Source of the DNA: Kofleriaceae bacterium
GTDB lineage: Bacteria > Myxococcota_A > Polyangia > Haliangiales > Haliangiaceae
Direction of reading: 5' to 3'
DNA length: 64,000 bases
Assembly: GCA_046597055.1 (NCBI GenBank)
Contig: JBKJLC010000079.1
Location: 9,783-73,782, forward strand
This document shows positions 61,255 to 64,000 of this stretch, one piece after another. The notes beneath the pieces were generated by a model. It saw only the letters and a list, made by a program, of their open reading frames with translations, made no database searches and was not told the DNA's origin. A program made the position numbers and the translations under genes. Each line of letters starts with the position of its first letter. Position 1 is the stretch's first letter.

Positions 61255-63999
61255 CTACGGACGGCGCCGCCGGCGCGGGGCCACGAACGCGAGCGCGAGC
61301 GCGAAGAAGGCGAGCGCGGCGCCGCCGCCGACATCGCGGCCGGCGGCGCAACCGCCGGTGTCGTCGCTGCCGGCCGGCTCGGCCTCGGCCACCGGATCGC
61401 ACGCGTCGTCGGCGGCCGGGCAGGGCCCGCGGGGGATGGCCAGCACGCGGAGCGGGAGCGCGCGGGCGTCGTCGTCGGCGTCGTCCGGATCGCCCTCGCC
61501 AGCATCCACCGCGCCGTCACCATCGAGATCCTCGTCGCCGTCGGCGCGACCGCCGCCGTCGGAGTCGGCGACCAGCGCGTCGGTCACGGTCCACGGGTCG
61601 GTGTCGGGCACGAAGTGGCCACGGCCGACGTCGGTGTCGAGGTCGGGCGCGGTGACGCCGAGCTCGAGGCCGTCGCCGAGGCCATCGCCGTCGCTGTCCG
61701 GGTCGAGCGCGTTGACGAGCCCGTCATTGTCGGTGTCCACGCACGCCTCCAGCTCGAGCCCGTCGAGCACCCCGTCGTCGTCGGAGTCAGCGTCGAACAG
61801 ATCGGTCCCGAGCCAGAGCTCGTAGAAGTCCGGCACGCCGTCGTGGTCGCTGTCGAGCCCGACCGCGACCACGACGCGCCCGGTCGCGGTCTGGCCGTCG
61901 GCGTCGGTCAACGTGTACTCGAAGTGGTCCTGCCCCCAGTAGCCGCCCTCGGCGGCGTAGGTGACGGTGCCGTCGCGGTCGACGATCACCTTGCCGTGGT
62001 GGGGCTCGGTGGCGGTGACCGCGATGGGACCGTCGCCGAGCCCGAGGTCGTTGGCCTGCACGTCGATCACGACCAGCTGGTCGGGGGCGACGCTGGCGAC
62101 CTCGGAGACCGCGCGCGGCGTGTCGTTGCGGCTCGCCACCAGCACGGTGACGGTCGCGCTCGCCGCGCCGCCGTTGCCGTCGCTGACCGTGTACGAGAAC
62201 GTCGCGGTGCCGTGAAAGTCGGCTGCCGGCTGGAACCCCAGGCCGAAGGCCGTGATGAAGCTGGTGCCGCCGGTGGGCTGGGTCACCTCGGTCACCATGA
62301 GGTGCTCGCCCTGATCGGGCGCGGTCGAGTCGTTGGCGAGCACGTCGATGATGATCGCGTCGCCGTCCTCGTCCATGGCGACGACGTCGGGGTTCGCGGT
62401 CGGCGGATGGTTGACGTTCATCAGCAGGATCCACACGGTCGCGGTGGCGGTGCCGCCCCGGCCGTCGCTGATCTCGTAGTCGAACATCGTGAACCCGCTG
62501 GCCCCGGCCGCCGGCGCGAAGGTCACGCCGGTGCCCCGATCGGTGATGACGACCGTGCCCTCGGCCGGCTGGGTGACCGTGGTGATCGTGAGGGTCTCGC
62601 CGGTGTCGGGCGCGGTCGAGTCGTTCGCGAGCAGGTCGAGCGCGGTCGCGCCCTCGCCCTCGTCGATGATGAAGAAGTCGCCCTGCGCGCTCGGCGGGTT
62701 GTTGGCGTCGATCACGGTGACCGTCACGGTGGCGGTGGCGGTGGCGCGCTGGCTGTCGGTGATCGTGTAGGTGAACGTGATGGGGCCGCGGGTGCCGGCG
62801 GCCGGCTCGAAGCTCAGGCGGGTGCCGGCCTCGACGACCGTGACCGAGCCGGTCGCGGGCTGCACCACGGACGCGACGGCCAGCGGATCGCCGTCGACGT
62901 CGCCATCGTTGGCGAGCACGTCGATGATCACCGCCCCGGCGTTGGCCGCGACCAGCGCGGTGTCGTCGCGGGCGATCGGCGGGTCGTTGACCGGCGTGAC
63001 GGTGACGGTGACCGTGGCGGTGGCGGTGGCGCCGCTTCGGTCACTGACGGCGCAGGTGAACGTGATGACGCCGGTGGCGTTGGCGGCCGGCTGGAAGGTC
63101 ACGGCGCCGTTGGTGATGACGACCGCGCCGCTGGCGGGCAGGGTGACCGCGGTGATCGCGAGCACGTCGCCGTCGCGGTCGGTGTCGTTGGCGAGCACGT
63201 CGATCGGGGTCGCGGCGGCGTCCTCGGCCACCGTGGCGACGTCGTCGTTCGCGGTCGGCGGGTCGTTGACCGGCGTGATGGCCACCGTGACGGTGGCGGT
63301 GGCGGAGCCGCCGTTGCCGTCGGCGATCGTGTACGTGAAGGCCACGGGGCCGGTCGCGTCGGCGGCGGGCTGGAAGGTCAGGCCGGCGCCGGTGATGACG
63401 ACCGTGCCCGTGACGGGCTGGGTCACGGCGGTGAGGGTGAGCGGGTCGCCGTCGGGGTCGGCGTCGTTGGCGAGCACGTCGATCGCGGTGGCGGCGGCGT
63501 CCTCGGCCACGGTGGCGGTGTCGTCGAGCGCGGTCGGGGCATCGTTGCCGGCGGTCACCGTGACGGTGACGGTCGCGCTGGCGGTGCCGCCGTTGCCGTC
63601 GCTGACGGTGTAGGTGAACGTCACCAGGCCGCTGGCATCGGCGGCGGGCTGGAAGGTCAGGCCGGCGCCGGTGAGCGTGACCGTGCCGGTGGTCGGCTGG
63701 GTCACCGCGGTGATGGTGAGGGTCTCGCCGGCGTCGGCGCCGGTCGAGTCGTTGGCGAGCACGTCGATCGGGGTCGCCGCGGCGTCCTCGGCCACCGTCG
63801 CGAGGTCGTCGCGGGCGATCGGTGGGTCGTTGATCGGGGTGACCGCGACGGTGACGGTGGCGGTGGCAGTGCCGCCGTTGCCGTCGGCGATCGTGTACGT
63901 GAAGGCCTCGGTGCCGGTCGCGTCGGGGGCGGGCTGGAAGCTCACGCCGGCGCCGGTGAGGGTGACCGTGCCGGCGGCCGGCTGGGTCACCGCGATGAT
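61255..63999 (-). CDS. C-terminal part of a large tandem-95/cadherin-like Ig-repeat surface protein with Ca-binding DxDxDG repeats and MYXO-CTERM; 5' end outside window
   Basis: ~96-aa repeats NDPPxAxDDxATVAED...IDVLAND...FTYT.SDGNGG..TATVTVTV; DSDxDG repeats; GGCAAG...TM...RRRRR. Confidence 0.92.
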   Translation of the reverse strand: MIAVTQPAAGTVTLTGAGVSFQPAPDATGTEAFTYTIADGNGGTATATVTVAVTPINDPPIARDDLATVAEDAAATPIDVLANDSTGADAGETLTITAVTQPTTGTVTLTGAGLTFQPAADASGLVTFTYTVSDGNGGTASATVTVTVTAGNDAPTALDDTATVAEDAAATAIDVLANDADPDGDPLTLTAVTQPVTGTVVITGAGLTFQPAADATGPVAFTYTIADGNGGSATATVTVAITPVNDPPTANDDVATVAEDAAATPIDVLANDTDRDGDVLAITAVTLPASGAVVITNGAVTFQPAANATGVITFTCAVSDRSGATATATVTVTVTPVNDPPIARDDTALVAANAGAVIIDVLANDGDVDGDPLAVASVVQPATGSVTVVEAGTRLSFEPAAGTRGPITFTYTITDSQRATATATVTVTVIDANNPPSAQGDFFIIDEGEGATALDLLANDSTAPDTGETLTITTVTQPAEGTVVITDRGTGVTFAPAAGASGFTMFDYEISDGRGGTATATVWILLMNVNHPPTANPDVVAMDEDGDAIIIDVLANDSTAPDQGEHLMVTEVTQPTGGTSFITAFGLGFQPAADFHGTATFSYTVSDGNGGAASATVTVLVASRNDTPRAVSEVASVAPDQLVVIDVQANDLGLGDGPIAVTATEPHHGKVIVDRDGTVTYAAEGGYWGQDHFEYTLTDADGQTATGRVVVAVGLDSDHDGVPDFYELWLGTDLFDADSDDDGVLDGLELEACVDTDNDGLVNALDPDSDGDGLGDGLELGVTAPDLDTDVGRGHFVPDTDPWTVTDALVADSDGGGRADGDEDLDGDGAVDAGEGDPDDADDDARALPLRVLAIPRGPCPAADDACDPVAEAEPAGSDDTGGCAAGRDVGGGAALAFFALALAFVAPRRRRRP

Positions 64000-64000
64000 G

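Noticed and set aside
62100..63999. Strong ~290-bp DNA periodicity
   Set aside because: Fully explained by the coding Ig-like tandem repeats of the adhesin.

Overview
Very GC-rich bacterial DNA, inferred to be Myxococcota (possibly Haliangiales/Kofleriaceae) from three MYXO-CTERM-tailed proteins, many lipoproteins and a DUF4157 protein. Most of the window is chromosomal backbone: VIT1-type transporter, MarR plus enoyl-CoA hydratase, xth, a pgsA-like/pgpA pair, class II DAHP synthase, Smr plus RNase Z-like genes, ABC1 kinase, bfd-bfr with a Fur-like box, fabI, pyrB, two ABC systems, sodB, htrA, an intein-containing radical SAM gene and a partial tandem-repeat adhesin. The standout accessory locus (about 41.98-50.7 kb) is a 2636-aa signal-peptide-bearing RHS polymorphic toxin. 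It carries a ~47-Cys insertion and a C-terminal ADP-ribosyltransferase-like tip, and is translationally coupled to a 107-aa gene that resembles EF-Tu domain III, a candidate decoy-type immunity protein. An ISAzo13 remnant flanks it. All calls come from motif recognition by eye; no database searches were run. Start codons were adjusted from the ORF track where a better start was evident. No rRNA, tRNA or CRISPR array was found.
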